From contig JAZQHV010000082.1 of the NCBI GenBank assembly GCA_045540755.1, forward strand, positions 24,952 to 88,951: a stretch of DNA of 64,000 nt. Direction: 5' to 3'. The stretch comes from Eubacteriales bacterium. GTDB lineage: Bacteria; Bacillota; Clostridia; Oscillospirales; CAG-272. This document shows positions 44,868 to 54,976 of the stretch, one piece after another. Under the pieces are notes generated by a model. The model did no database searches, was not told where the DNA came from, and worked only from the letters and a program-made list of their open reading frames with translations. A program made the translations under genes and the position numbers. The first letter of the stretch is position 1, and each line of letters begins with the position of its first letter.

Positions 44868-46442
44868 TTACTCGTTTTTTTGCCAGATGGAGTGCAGTGC
44901 GTGTAATTCCAGAGAGGTGAAGGTGTAGCCGCCGTTTTTGGCTGTGAACTCTGCGTAAGGAAGATTCCGGTCGGGAATCGCGTTTTCGGTAATGCAGTAC
45001 ATGCAACTCTTGCCGCCGTCTGCATAGATCTCAAAGCCGAGGCGATCTATAAGGATCGTTACGTTCAGCGTGTCGCCGACGACACAGAGCGGGCAGACCT
45101 GCGTACCGCGCCAGGGAAAACGGAGCTCGTTTTTAGCAAGGTCAAGGGTGAGCACACGTCCGAAAAGCTTCACTTCGATCACGGCATCGCAGAGCGCCTC
45201 TCCCGAAATACGGATCAGATACGGTGCGTCCAAAAGCGGGATCCGGATGCTTTCTGCCGTTACGGTGAGGTCATTTCGTATTTCCGAATGGCAGTACAGG
45301 CTTTCCATTTCCCGCACGGGGCTGGCGGAGAGATAGCATTTTCCGCCGTGCTCCTCCATGGTATATTCCAGCGCGATCAGCTCGCCGCGGAATCGTTCGC
45401 TGTACATAGCGTTTCCGTAATTGTGCCAGACTGCACGGATGCATCTGCCGTCGGGCACACCCCAAAAGGAGATCGGAGAATGGTTCTTACTGCCGTAAAA
45501 CAGAGCTTTGAGCCCTTCCTTGATGACGAAATTGCCGTTTTCAACCTCCATCACAACGTAGTGATCGGTGTTGGAGGTCACGATGTATTTCGTCTTGCCT
45601 GTTTGGGATTTGAAGGGGAGGATATCGGGAAATTCTATTTCTCCCACCAGCGTATAGGTGAAGAATTTTTCCCAATGCACGAGATCGTTCGACCGATAGA
45701 AAGCATAGTCGTTGTCGTGGAGATAGAGCGCCATAACGTAACAGCTGAGCTCCTCGCAAAAAATGATCTTCGGATCGCGGTCTCCTTTAAATTCCCGCGG
45801 CAGGATCGCTTCTTCCTTATATTTGCGGATAGTGCGGAATCCGTCGGTGGATACCGCCATCCATTGCGCAAAGGGGCGCGTGGCGGTGTAGTACAAGATC
45901 GCCGCCTTTTGTGCTTCCGTGTTCAGCCCGAGCAGATTCTGCTCGTCCACAATGGCACAGCCCGAAAACTTATCTCCTGTTTCATCGGGGAAAAGAGCAA
46001 CGTTCCGCTCCTCCCAATGCACAAGGTCGCGGCTGACGGCGTGTCCCCAATGCATATTTTGCCATTCTATGCCCGCAGGATTGTACTGAAAGAACATATG
46101 GTATTCGCCGTTCAGATAGCATAGACCGTTGGGATCGTTCAGCCAGCCGTTTTTTGCCGTGAAATGTACTTGCGGCCGCAGGGGCTCCGCATACAGGTCG
46201 GGGAGATCGATCGTATCTGCCTCCCGAAGCTGCAGCTCCATCTGCGGAGAAACGGACAGCGTAAGCTCCCGCCCTGCAAAGCGGGCAACGTCGATATACG
46301 CATAAAAATCGGGGGCTATGCTGTCCAGCTTGATGTTGATGGCATAAAGCTCCTTGCCGTCCTCGGTCAACCTCAGGCGTTTGTAGGCTGTGGAATGGTT
46401 CACAGGGAATACCAGAAATCTTTTTTGTATACGGAGCCGCAT
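44868..46442 (-). CDS. intracellular GH32 beta-fructofuranosidase/sucrose-6-P hydrolase-like
   Basis: Start trimmed to the ATG at 46442 (GGAGGT upstream). No signal peptide. Motifs WLNDPNGLCYLNGEYHMFFQYNP, DRDPKI, EIEFPD. Confidence 0.85.
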   Translation of the reverse strand: MRLRIQKRFLVFPVNHSTAYKRLRLTEDGKELYAINIKLDSIAPDFYAYIDVARFAGRELTLSVSPQMELQLREADTIDLPDLYAEPLRPQVHFTAKNGWLNDPNGLCYLNGEYHMFFQYNPAGIEWQNMHWGHAVSRDLVHWEERNVALFPDETGDKFSGCAIVDEQNLLGLNTEAQKAAILYYTATRPFAQWMAVSTDGFRTIRKYKEEAILPREFKGDRDPKIIFCEELSCYVMALYLHDNDYAFYRSNDLVHWEKFFTYTLVGEIEFPDILPFKSQTGKTKYIVTSNTDHYVVMEVENGNFVIKEGLKALFYGSKNHSPISFWGVPDGRCIRAVWHNYGNAMYSERFRGELIALEYTMEEHGGKCYLSASPVREMESLYCHSEIRNDLTVTAESIRIPLLDAPYLIRISGEALCDAVIEVKLFGRVLTLDLAKNELRFPWRGTQVCPLCVVGDTLNVTILIDRLGFEIYADGGKSCMYCITENAIPDRNLPYAEFTAKNGGYTFTSLELHALHSIWQKNE

Positions 46443-46443
46443 G

Positions 46444-47328
46444 TCAGGACCTCCTTGTCTGTAATTGCTTGATCTTTTTCTCTGTTTCTTCGGAAAAGGC
46501 ATCTGCGCTGCCACATACCACCGCGCTGACGTCTGCGGCCAAAGCAAGGCAGGCATCTATCGGGTAGCCGCGCAGGTAGTGTGAAAGGAATGCTGCGGAA
46601 AAGGCATCGCCTGCGCCGACGGTGGATACCGCGACGGTGGGCGTTGCCACGCAACGGAAAAATGAGTTGGTACGGGCATCAAAGCAGAAAGCACCTTTTT
46701 CCCCCAGTGTGACGAGCAACACATGAATGTTTTTATACCGTGCACAAAGTCGGTGTGCGGCATCCTCGGCATAGGAGTACGTGCCGAGTGCGCAAGCGCA
46801 AACTGCGGGGAGCTCCTCCTCGCTGATCTTGCAGATGGATGCCGTGCAAAGGCAAAGCTCGACGGTCTCTTTCGTATAATACGGGGCGCGCAGATTCAGG
46901 TCGGTAAAGATATGCCTACAGGAAACTGTACGTAGGAGTTGTTGCAACACTGCGCGGTTGGACTCTTTTCGCAAGGCAAACGTTCCAAAGGCAAGTGCAT
47001 CAACGGGGAAGCGGATGTCCGGAAGGGGAATACGGTCAAACGCGGCAATTTCATCGTGCGTATAATGCGGATATCCGTCACGGCTGAACGTTACAACGCA
47101 TTTGGCTGTTCCAAGCGGTGCTCTTGCAATATATTCGGTTTGAAGGTGAAAGCGTTTGGCACGTTCAACAGCGGCATCGCCGAGCGCGTCCTTTCCCACC
47201 GCAGAAACGATCCAAGCTTTGTTTCCGAGTGCTGCCGCATGCACGGCAAAATTCAGCGGTGCGCCGCCAAGACGGTGATCTTCACCGTGTACGTCCCATA
47301 CGATCTCTCCAAAGGATACTATATTCAT
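46444..47328 (-). CDS. PfkB-family sugar kinase (fructokinase-like)
   Basis: Start trimmed to the ATG at 47328, giving 294 aa. Motifs GGAPLNFAVHAAALG and TVGAGDAFSAAFL. Confidence 0.8.
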   Translation of the reverse strand: MNIVSFGEIVWDVHGEDHRLGGAPLNFAVHAAALGNKAWIVSAVGKDALGDAAVERAKRFHLQTEYIARAPLGTAKCVVTFSRDGYPHYTHDEIAAFDRIPLPDIRFPVDALAFGTFALRKESNRAVLQQLLRTVSCRHIFTDLNLRAPYYTKETVELCLCTASICKISEEELPAVCACALGTYSYAEDAAHRLCARYKNIHVLLVTLGEKGAFCFDARTNSFFRCVATPTVAVSTVGAGDAFSAAFLSHYLRGYPIDACLALAADVSAVVCGSADAFSEETEKKIKQLQTRRS

Positions 47329-47338
47329 GGTTTTTCCG

Positions 47339-47893
47339 TTATTCCAGATTTGCATGGCGATCCCAAAGCATCGCAATATCGATATGCTTGCGATCGACGA
47401 TCATTTTGGCGAGAATGTCTCCGTACAAAAGCAAAAATTGCTCAAAAAGGCTGGTCATGATCTGCGCGGAGGGGATCTCGTCGTCACGGTGCAGCTTTGT
47501 ACCCGTGGGAACACGGAGTAAAAAATCTGCCGTTGCGGCGAGCGTGCTTTGCGGATTGGAACCGATCATCACGACTGCCGCACCGAGGCTTTTTGCCTTT
47601 TTTGCAATTTCCCGCGGGAGGATGGATTCGCCGCTGCCGGAAGCCGCCACGAGAAGATCCCCCTTGCCGATAGCAGGCTCGGTGATCTCACCGACGATAT
47701 GCGTTTCGATGCCGATGTGTGCCAACCGCTTTGCAATCGCTTGCAGGGAGAGCAAAACGCGGCCGACACCCACGAAAAACACGCGGCGTGCCGAAAGTAG
47801 CATGCCAATCAGCCGTTCGGTGTCCGCTTCGTTTACGGATAACAATGCAGTTTTACATTCCGCAAGAACCGTTTCTGCATAGTTTTTATACAT
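47339..47893 (-). CDS. SIS-domain sugar-phosphate isomerase (6-phospho-3-hexuloisomerase-like)
   Basis: Start trimmed to the ATG at 47893, giving 184 aa. Motifs VFFVGVGRVLLSLQAIAKRLAHIG, LLVAASGSGES, AAVVMIGSNPQS. Confidence 0.75.
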   Translation of the reverse strand: MYKNYAETVLAECKTALLSVNEADTERLIGMLLSARRVFFVGVGRVLLSLQAIAKRLAHIGIETHIVGEITEPAIGKGDLLVAASGSGESILPREIAKKAKSLGAAVVMIGSNPQSTLAATADFLLRVPTGTKLHRDDEIPSAQIMTSLFEQFLLLYGDILAKMIVDRKHIDIAMLWDRHANLE

Positions 47894-48584
47894 TATATTT
47901 CTCCTCAGCCTTTTGTAATATGTCCTGCAACCGCCGCAGGTTTTCTTCCCGCGTGCCGTCCGGAGAGAAGATCCCCTTGGTACCGCTGACAAACGTATGC
48001 ACGCCGAGCCGTGCCAAAGCTTCGGTTTCGGCAAAGCCGATCCTGCCGTCAGCTTCTATCTCCGGATCCAGGCCGTATTTTTTTGCATATGCTTGCAGCA
48101 ACAGGATCTTTTCTTCCGTTTGCGGATATATGCATTGCCCGTCCAGATGTGCGTAGCCTGCATCGATCCGCATCAGCAAAACAAAGTCACAAAGCGGGAG
48201 CAGATATTCTATGCTCCCGATTCCGATCTCGGGACTGATGGCGAGTCCTGCACGAACGCCTGCCGCACGGATTTTTCTAAGCAGAATGGAGGGGCGCGCC
48301 TCGGTTTCGGGATGAAAGCAGAGACGGTCGATCCCGCATTGCAGTAGCAAGTCAACGTACGGGGGATTATTTACGGACATCAGATGCACGTCCAGAGTCA
48401 TGCCGCATATATCGCGGAGCGCCTTGACCGTACCGATGCCGAGCGGCATATCGGGGCTGAAGATGCCGTCCATAACGTCTACGTGCAGCATCGTGCATCC
48501 GATCTCTTCCAGTGCCTTTACTTCCGCACGGATATTACAGAGATCCGTGCAGATCAGCGAGGGGGCTATATTTCTTTTTTGCAC
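47886..48584 (-). CDS. ribulose-phosphate 3-epimerase family protein (allulose-6-P epimerase-like)
   Basis: Preferred start is the GTG at 48584 (AAGGTGG then 8 nt); the track ATG at 48623 has no RBS. Motifs IAPSLICTDL, HVDVMDGIFSP, DVHLM. Overlaps the SIS gene by 8 nt. Confidence 0.75.
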   Translation of the reverse strand: MQKRNIAPSLICTDLCNIRAEVKALEEIGCTMLHVDVMDGIFSPDMPLGIGTVKALRDICGMTLDVHLMSVNNPPYVDLLLQCGIDRLCFHPETEARPSILLRKIRAAGVRAGLAISPEIGIGSIEYLLPLCDFVLLMRIDAGYAHLDGQCIYPQTEEKILLLQAYAKKYGLDPEIEADGRIGFAETEALARLGVHTFVSGTKGIFSPDGTREENLRRLQDILQKAEEKYNV

Positions 48585-48740
48585 AGTGTTCACCACCTTG
48601 CTTCCATTATACAAAAAGTGCATGGCGGCGCCTATTCAAAAAGCAAAGAAAAAAGTGGTATTTTTACAGATTATTATTCTGTTCCTATTGCTAAGCCCGA
48701 AAAAAACATGTAGAATACTCTATATAAAGAGGTGAAAAAC

Positions 48741-49568
48741 ATGGTAACGGAGCGATTGCAAAAAGAACATTGGATTAAAAACGATTTTGTGGACGTATCC
48801 CGCAAATGCCTTGCCGGAAACGTAGAAGAACATTGGCATGAGTTTTACGAACTGGAGCTGATCGTGCGCGGCGGGGGAACCTACACCATCGACGGGATCG
48901 CATATCCCATTCGGTGTGGCAATTTGTTTTTGATGAGTCCCAGTAGCTTTCACCGCATCACGTTTACCGAGGATACCGAGATCGTCAATCTGATGTTTGC
49001 CGCAGACGTTTGCAATGCGGACTTTTTATGCCGCTTGTTCTGCGAGGAGCCGCACTCTGTCATACGGCTTTACGGTGCGGAACTAAACTTTGTACAAACG
49101 CTGCTGGACGACATGGTAAAAAATGAATATGTTCCGTATCTGGTCGCCGCTTTGGATTGTTTGCTCGGCAAGCTGGTGCTTTTGTCCGCGCCCGAGCCTT
49201 TGCCTATCAAGGATGCGCAGATGCAACGCGCGATCCTCTACGTGCAGAATCACTTTCGGGAAAATGTTACCCTGGCAGAGGCAGCAAGGCTTGCTCACTA
49301 TTCGCCAAATTATTTCAGCAATCGGTTTAAGACGTATTTCGGGGTGACCTTTAAAGAGTATATACTCGGACTTCGCTTTTCTTTGGCAGAGAAGATGCTG
49401 GAGCGCACGGGGATTCCCGTTACGGAGATATGCTACTCTTGCGGCTTTGCTGATTTTTCCAACTTTTTTGCGGCGTTCAAAAAACGCTACGGGGCAACGC
49501 CGCGGGAATTTCGCTTGCAGAGCAGGGGAGGATCCTTTTCGGCAGAGGGATACAATTCCGAATTATAA
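48741..49568 (+). CDS. AraC-family transcriptional regulator (cupin + HTH), divergent from the GH32 operon
   Basis: The ATG at 48741 (AAAGAGG then 8 nt) is preferred over the GTG at 48732. C-terminal HTH pair (LAHYSPNYFSNRFKTYFGVTFKEYI...CGFADFSNFFAAFKKRYGATPREFR). Confidence 0.85.
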   Translation: MVTERLQKEHWIKNDFVDVSRKCLAGNVEEHWHEFYELELIVRGGGTYTIDGIAYPIRCGNLFLMSPSSFHRITFTEDTEIVNLMFAADVCNADFLCRLFCEEPHSVIRLYGAELNFVQTLLDDMVKNEYVPYLVAALDCLLGKLVLLSAPEPLPIKDAQMQRAILYVQNHFRENVTLAEAARLAHYSPNYFSNRFKTYFGVTFKEYILGLRFSLAEKMLERTGIPVTEICYSCGFADFSNFFAAFKKRYGATPREFRLQSRGGSFSAEGYNSEL

Positions 49569-49579
49569 GCAGAAAAAAC

Positions 49580-49608
49580 TTGCATTTTTGCTTGATTTAT
49601 GCTATCAT
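49580..49608 (+). promoter_or_regulatory. putative sigma-A promoter of pheST
   Basis: TTGCAT (49580-49585), 17 nt, TATCAT (49603-49608). Confidence 0.5.
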
Positions 49609-49660
49609 GACTCTATGTGAATAAATAAATTATATATAAAACAAAAGGAGGCGTTTCACT

Positions 49661-50677
49661 TTGAAGGAAATGCTTGAAAAAATCAAAGCCGAAGCGGCCG
49701 CAAAGCTCGGAGAGGCCAATGCCGATCTCGAAGCTATCCGTGTGCAGTATCTCGGCAAAAAGGGTGAGTTGACCGCCGTGCTCCGCGGCATGGGACAGCT
49801 GTCCGCAGAGGAGCGTCCGATCGTTGGCCAGCTTGCCAACGAGGTGCGCGCTTATATCGAAAACCTCATTGAGGAAAAGAAGGCTTCTGCCGCTGCGGAT
49901 GCAATGGCAAAGAAGCTGCTTGAGGAGAACGTAGACGTTACGATGCCCGTCGAGCCTGTGACCGTTGGCAGCCGCCATCCGCTTTCGCAGGTGCAGACTG
50001 AGCTTGAGGACATCTTTATCGGTCTCGGCTTTGAGATCGTTGAGGGACCCGAGGTCGAGTACGACTACTATAACTTCCAGGCACTCAACATTCCCGAAAA
50101 CCATCCTGCAAGAGACACGCAGGACACCTTCTACATCACCGACAACATCCTGCTGCGTTCGCAGACCTCGCCGATGCAGATCCGCGCCATGGAGCAGAAG
50201 AAGCCTCCGCTTCGCATCATCTCTCCCGGCAGAGTATACCGTTCGGACGCCGTAGACGCAACGCACTCGCCGCTGTTCCATCAGCTCGAGGGTCTCGTTG
50301 TAGACAAGGGCATCACCATGGGCGACCTCAAGGGCACGCTCGAGCTTTTTGCAAAGAAGATGTTCGGCGACGACACCAAGATCCGCTTCCGTCCCCACCA
50401 TTTCCCGTTCACCGAGCCGTCGGCTGAGGTTGACGTTTCCTGCTTTGTCTGCGGCGGTAAGGGCTGCAGCCTTTGCAAGGGCGAGGGCTGGATCGAGATC
50501 CTCGGCGCAGGTATGGTGCACCCCAACGTGCTTCGCGGATGCGGCATTGATCCCGACGTATACAGCGGCTTTGCCTTTGGTATGGGTATCGAGCGTATCG
50601 TTATGCGCAAGTACAACATTGACGACATGCGTAATCTCTATGAGAACGACGTTCGTTTCTTGAAACAGCTTGGTTAA
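49661..50677 (+). CDS. pheS: phenylalanine--tRNA ligase alpha subunit
   Basis: 338 aa. TTG start 9 nt after AAGGAGG (alternative ATG at 49670). Class II motifs [36 protein letters not shown]. Confidence 0.95.
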   Translation: MKEMLEKIKAEAAAKLGEANADLEAIRVQYLGKKGELTAVLRGMGQLSAEERPIVGQLANEVRAYIENLIEEKKASAAADAMAKKLLEENVDVTMPVEPVTVGSRHPLSQVQTELEDIFIGLGFEIVEGPEVEYDYYNFQALNIPENHPARDTQDTFYITDNILLRSQTSPMQIRAMEQKKPPLRIISPGRVYRSDAVDATHSPLFHQLEGLVVDKGITMGDLKGTLELFAKKMFGDDTKIRFRPHHFPFTEPSAEVDVSCFVCGGKGCSLCKGEGWIEILGAGMVHPNVLRGCGIDPDVYSGFAFGMGIERIVMRKYNIDDMRNLYENDVRFLKQLG

Positions 50678-50690
50678 GGAGGTGCGGTAG

Positions 50691-53078
50691 ATGAATCTTT
50701 CGAGAAACTGGCTGGCGGATTTTGTAGACGTCAGCGACATTGAAAACAAGGCATATTGCGACCGCATGACCGATACCGGCTCCAAGGTAGAGGGCTTTGA
50801 GGTTCTCGGCGAGGATATTGACAACGTTGTCGTCGGTAAGATCCTCACCATTGCAAAGCATGAAAACTCTGACCATTTGCAGATCTGTTCCGTAGACGTC
50901 GGAGAGGGCGCACCCGTACAGATCGTTACGGGCGCACAGAATATTTTTGAGGGTGCGATCATTCCCGTTGCCAAGGCGTATTCCAAACTGCCCGGCGGCG
51001 TTGTGATCAAGCCCGGCAAGCTCCGCGGCGTGGAGTCGAACGGTATGCTGTGCTCCATTGGCGAGCTCGGTCTCACCACGCACGATATGCCGAATGCGGC
51101 AGAGGACGGCATCTTTATCATGGATGTAGCCTACGAGGAAAAGATCGGCACCGACATCCGCGAGGTGCTGATGCTTTCGGACAGCGTGGTCGAATTTGAG
51201 ATCACGCCCAACCGCCCCGACTGTCTTTCGGTCATCGGTCTCGCACGCGAGACCGCGGCTTCCTTTGACCGTGCACTGAACGTTCCCACTCCCTCTGTCA
51301 AGGAGGCAGGCGGCGATATTTCCGAATACCTGAAGGTCAAGATCGACGCGCCCGACCTTTGCCCCCGCTACACCGCGCGCGTTGTCAAGAACGTCAAGAT
51401 CGAGCCCTCACCGCTCTGGATGCGTATGCGTCTGCGCGCGGCAGGTGTACGCCCAATCAACAATATCGTTGACATTACCAACTACGTCATGCTGGAGTAC
51501 GGTCAGCCGATGCACGCATTTGACTACGCTTGTATCGACGGCAGTGCCATCACCGTTCGCACTGCGGCGAAGGACGAGAACTTCAAGTCGCTCGACGACA
51601 AGGACCACGTGCTCGAAGAGGGCATGCTTGTCATCGCTGACGACAAGAAGGCGGTTGCCCTTGCAGGCGTTATGGGCGGCGCAAACTCCGAGATCACCGA
51701 CGACACCAAGACCGTCGTTTTCGAGTCCGCAAACTTTTACGGTGCATCTATCCGTATTACCTCGCGCAAGCTCGGTATGCGTACCGAGTCTTCGGGTCGC
51801 TTTGAAAAGGGACTTGATCGCGAGAACACCTATGCGGCACTGGAGCGTGCTTGCGAGCTTGTCAACCTGCTCGGCGCAGGCGAGGTCGTCAGCGGCATCG
51901 TAGACGTATATCCCGGTAAGAAAGAAGCACACACCATCAAGCTTGAGTCCGAGCGCATCAATAAGTTCCTCGGCATCAACGCCTCCGAGCAGTTCATGCG
52001 TGACACGCTTGCAAAACTGGACTTCAAGCTCGACGGCGACACCGTTACCGTACCCTCCTACCGTGAGGACGTGGAGGGCATGCAGGACCTCGCAGAGGAA
52101 GTTGTCCGCATCTACGGCTACAATGAGATCGAGTCCACGGGTATCTCGGGTAGCATGACGCAGGGACAGAGAAGCGTATCGCAGAATTTTGAGGTCGGTA
52201 TGCACAAGCTTCTGCTTGGCATCGGTCTTGACGAGATCTGCACCTTCTCGTTCATCTCCCCCAAGTATTATGATAAGATCGGTCTCCCCGCAGAAGATGC
52301 GAAGAGAAACTCTATCGTGATCTCCAATCCGCTCGGCGAGGATACCAGCGTTATGCGTACCACCGCACTGCCGTCCATTATGGAGGTGCTGGCACGAAAT
52401 GCAAATTACTCCAACGAAAAGGTCGGTCTCTACGAGATCGCAACCACCTATACGCCCACCGAGGAGGGTAAGCTTCCCGATGAGCGTAAGGTTCTCACCC
52501 TTGGCTTCTACGGCAGAGGCGACTTCTTCACCATGAAGCAGTATTGCGAGACCGTTGCAAAGTATGCGCGCATCAAGGTCGAGTACGTCAAGGATACCGC
52601 AAATCCGTCCTACCATCCCGGCAGATGTGCCAACATCGTGCTGGCAGACGGCACCAAGCTCGGTACCATGGGTCAGATCCATCCGACCATAGCCGCAAAC
52701 TACGACATGGATATGCCCGTATTCGTGGCAGAGATCGACATGCCCACGCTGTTTGCGAACCGCGGCGCAGATCCCGAGTACAAGCACCTGCCTAAGTTCC
52801 CCGCATCCTCCCGTGACTTCTCGTTCGTATGCGACGAGGCGCTCGAGGTCGGTGCGATCGAAAAGGTCATGTACACCAGCGGTGTGAAGCTGCTTGAGGA
52901 CGTCAAACTGGTTGACATCTACCGCGGCACACAGATCGGCGAGGGCAAGAAGAGTGTTACCTTCCGCATCATTCTTCGTGCGGCAGACCGTACCCTCACC
53001 GTTGAGGAAGCGGACAAGGCAGCCAAGAAGATCCTTGGCAATATGGAGCGTCAACTCGGTATTACTATCCGTCAGTAA
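50691..53078 (+). CDS. pheT: phenylalanine--tRNA ligase beta subunit
   Basis: 795 aa. tRNA-binding N-terminus, B3/4 and B5 regions, and a ferredoxin-fold C-terminus (KSVTFRIILRAADRTLT). Confidence 0.95.
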   Translation: MNLSRNWLADFVDVSDIENKAYCDRMTDTGSKVEGFEVLGEDIDNVVVGKILTIAKHENSDHLQICSVDVGEGAPVQIVTGAQNIFEGAIIPVAKAYSKLPGGVVIKPGKLRGVESNGMLCSIGELGLTTHDMPNAAEDGIFIMDVAYEEKIGTDIREVLMLSDSVVEFEITPNRPDCLSVIGLARETAASFDRALNVPTPSVKEAGGDISEYLKVKIDAPDLCPRYTARVVKNVKIEPSPLWMRMRLRAAGVRPINNIVDITNYVMLEYGQPMHAFDYACIDGSAITVRTAAKDENFKSLDDKDHVLEEGMLVIADDKKAVALAGVMGGANSEITDDTKTVVFESANFYGASIRITSRKLGMRTESSGRFEKGLDRENTYAALERACELVNLLGAGEVVSGIVDVYPGKKEAHTIKLESERINKFLGINASEQFMRDTLAKLDFKLDGDTVTVPSYREDVEGMQDLAEEVVRIYGYNEIESTGISGSMTQGQRSVSQNFEVGMHKLLLGIGLDEICTFSFISPKYYDKIGLPAEDAKRNSIVISNPLGEDTSVMRTTALPSIMEVLARNANYSNEKVGLYEIATTYTPTEEGKLPDERKVLTLGFYGRGDFFTMKQYCETVAKYARIKVEYVKDTANPSYHPGRCANIVLADGTKLGTMGQIHPTIAANYDMDMPVFVAEIDMPTLFANRGADPEYKHLPKFPASSRDFSFVCDEALEVGAIEKVMYTSGVKLLEDVKLVDIYRGTQIGEGKKSVTFRIILRAADRTLTVEEADKAAKKILGNMERQLGITIRQ

Positions 53079-53083
53079 AAAAA

Positions 53084-53112
53084 GAAAAGACCGCTTTGCG
53101 GTCTTTTCTTTT
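53084..53112 (+). terminator. intrinsic terminator of pheST
   Basis: 11-bp stem gaaaagaccgc / gcggtcttttc followed by TTTT. Confidence 0.8.
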
Positions 53113-53205
53113 ACTTAGCATTGGAAATTTTATCCATTTCTATTGACAAACCCAGTTTTTGGAAGTATAATAATTCCAGTATATGGAAATCGAGGGGATG
53201 GAAAA

Positions 53206-53418
53206 ATGATAAGATGCGAGCTTTGCGAGGAGGAGATCGGAGATATCAGGGTATACGGATTCGTTTTTTTGGATGCGGTAAGCGGGGAAGAACTCTTTAC
53301 TGTGCGGGACGTTTTTACCGACCGTGCGCGGGCAGTCTCCTTTCGGGACACTGTCAACGCAAGCGAAGTGTGCCGCGAACACATCCGCGATATTATAGAA
53401 GATGCTATTGCTATTTGA
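53206..53418 (+). CDS. small hypothetical protein (70 aa)
   Basis: ATG at 53206 after GAGGGGA. Sequence MIRCELCEEEIGDIRVYGFVFLD... Immediately followed by a terminator. No family recognised. Confidence 0.45.
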   Translation: MIRCELCEEEIGDIRVYGFVFLDAVSGEELFTVRDVFTDRARAVSFRDTVNASEVCREHIRDIIEDAIAI

Positions 53419-53451
53419 AAAGCATCCGCCTTCATGGCGGATGCTTTTTTG
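53418..53451 (+). terminator. intrinsic terminator
   Basis: 10-bp stem agcatccgcc / ggcggatgct followed by TTTTT. Confidence 0.8.
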
Positions 53452-53526
53452 TAATTTATAAAAAAGCATTGAATAACCTTGCTGAATATGCTATTATTGT
53501 ACTATTGAAGCATTTGAGGTATTACT

Positions 53527-54453
53527 ATGATATACAACAACATTCTGGAGGCCATGGGAAACACGCCCATGATCCGACTGCAAAAGATGGTGGGCGCGGA
53601 CAGCGCAGACGTTCTGGTCAAATTTGAGGGGTTGAACGTGGGCGGCTCCATCAAAACGCGCACCGCTTATAATATGATCAAGGCCGCGCAGGCGGTGGGA
53701 AAGATCCACGAAAACACGGTCATCGTCGAGCCGACTAGCGGCAACCAGGGTATCGGACTTTCGCTTGTGGGCGCGGTGTTCGGCTACAAGACCAAGATCA
53801 TCATGCCCGACTCGGTCAGCGAGGAGCGCAGAAAACTCGTCAACCAGTACGGTGCCGAGGTCATTCTGGTGCACGATGCGGGCAATATCGGCGCGTGCAT
53901 TGAGGAGTGCCTGAATCTTGCTTTGAAAATGCAGGCGGAGGACCCCAACGTTTTTGTGCCGCAGCAGTTTGAAAATCCCGCAAATCCCGAGATCCAGCGT
54001 GAGCAGACGGGCATGGAGATCATCGAACAGGTGAACGGCCCCATCCACGGCTTTTGCTCGGGCATCGGTACGGGCGGTACTATCACGGGTATCGGCGAAA
54101 CACTGAAAAAGTACAATCCTGATATCAGGATCTGGGCAGTCGAGCCCGAAAACGCGGCAATTCTGTCGGGCGGCTCCATCGGCACGCACGTGCAGATGGG
54201 CATCGGCGACGGTGTCATCCCTGCGATCCTCAATCAAAGCATTTACGAGGATATCTGCATCATCAAGGATGAGGAGGCTATACAGACCTCCAAGGATCTC
54301 GCCGCCAAAGAGGGCATCCTCTGCGGCATTTCCAGCGGAACGAACGTTGCCGCCGCCATAAAGCTTGCCAAGGTGCTCGGTAAGGGTAAAACGGTCGTCA
54401 CCGTTCTCCCTGACACCGCCGAACGCTATTTCTCCACGCCTTTATTCGGATAA
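53527..54453 (+). CDS. cysteine synthase family (CysK/CysM-like) PLP enzyme
   Basis: 308 aa. PLP-Lys region reads GGSIKTRTAYNM where SVKDR is more usual. Other motifs TSGNQGIGLS and GIGTGGTITG. Confidence 0.8.
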   Translation: MIYNNILEAMGNTPMIRLQKMVGADSADVLVKFEGLNVGGSIKTRTAYNMIKAAQAVGKIHENTVIVEPTSGNQGIGLSLVGAVFGYKTKIIMPDSVSEERRKLVNQYGAEVILVHDAGNIGACIEECLNLALKMQAEDPNVFVPQQFENPANPEIQREQTGMEIIEQVNGPIHGFCSGIGTGGTITGIGETLKKYNPDIRIWAVEPENAAILSGGSIGTHVQMGIGDGVIPAILNQSIYEDICIIKDEEAIQTSKDLAAKEGILCGISSGTNVAAAIKLAKVLGKGKTVVTVLPDTAERYFSTPLFG

Positions 54454-54457
54454 GTGT

Positions 54458-54492
54458 AAAAAAGAAGTCGTCTTTGAGACGACTTCTTTTTT
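54458..54492. terminator. bidirectional intrinsic terminator
   Basis: Stem gaagtcgtc / gacgacttc flanked by an A-run and a T-run. Confidence 0.75.
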
Positions 54493-54976
54493 ACATTGTC
54501 TGCAGGTATTCTTCCGCGTCTTTACGGGAGTGAAAGATAAAAATGTGCTTGTCCGCGTACTTTTGTAAAAGTTCCAGCACCTGCGGGCGGCTTTCGCGCG
54601 CGTATTCTTTAATAAAGGTAAGAAACTCTTCGTCTTCCTCGGTTTCCACCCACGGCATATCGGTGCGCGGCTTGCCGCGGCGCTCACGGATGCCGTCAAG
54701 GCACACCTCGGTCGGATAGTCGAGGAAAAACACCGTGTCGCAAAGCGCAAGGCGCATCTCCATCGTGCCGCCGTAGTTGCCGTCGATGATCCACGCATCG
54801 GTCGCAAGCACGGCTTGCAGTCGCTCATGGAAGACGTCTTTTTCCACCGTGGTGCGGTCGGCATTCCAGTAGAGCATATCGAGGTGACAGAGGGGCAGGT
54901 CGTTTTTTTCGGCAAGCGCGCGGGCAAAGGTGCTTTTGCCACTGCCGGGACAGCCGATCACAAGAACCTTTTTCAT
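54491..54976 (-). CDS. P-loop NTPase (adenylate-kinase-like / topology-modulation FlaR-like)
   Basis: Start trimmed to the ATG at 54976 (ATGA overlap with the upstream gene). 161 aa. Walker A region [21 protein letters not shown]. Confidence 0.75.
   Translation of the reverse strand: MKKVLVIGCPGSGKSTFARALAEKNDLPLCHLDMLYWNADRTTVEKDVFHERLQAVLATDAWIIDGNYGGTMEMRLALCDTVFFLDYPTEVCLDGIRERRGKPRTDMPWVETEEDEEFLTFIKEYARESRPQVLELLQKYADKHIFIFHSRKDAEEYLQTM

Noticed and set aside
49569-49660. Looked for a T-box leader upstream of pheS.
   Set aside because: Only about 50 nt lie between the putative -10 and the start codon. That is too short for a T-box (about 200 nt or more), and no specifier or T-box sequence is seen.
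49613-53054. Two long minus-strand ORFs (49613..51121 and 51408..53054) antisense to pheS and pheT.
   Set aside because: pheS and pheT are unambiguous on the plus strand. The antisense frames are compositional artefacts.
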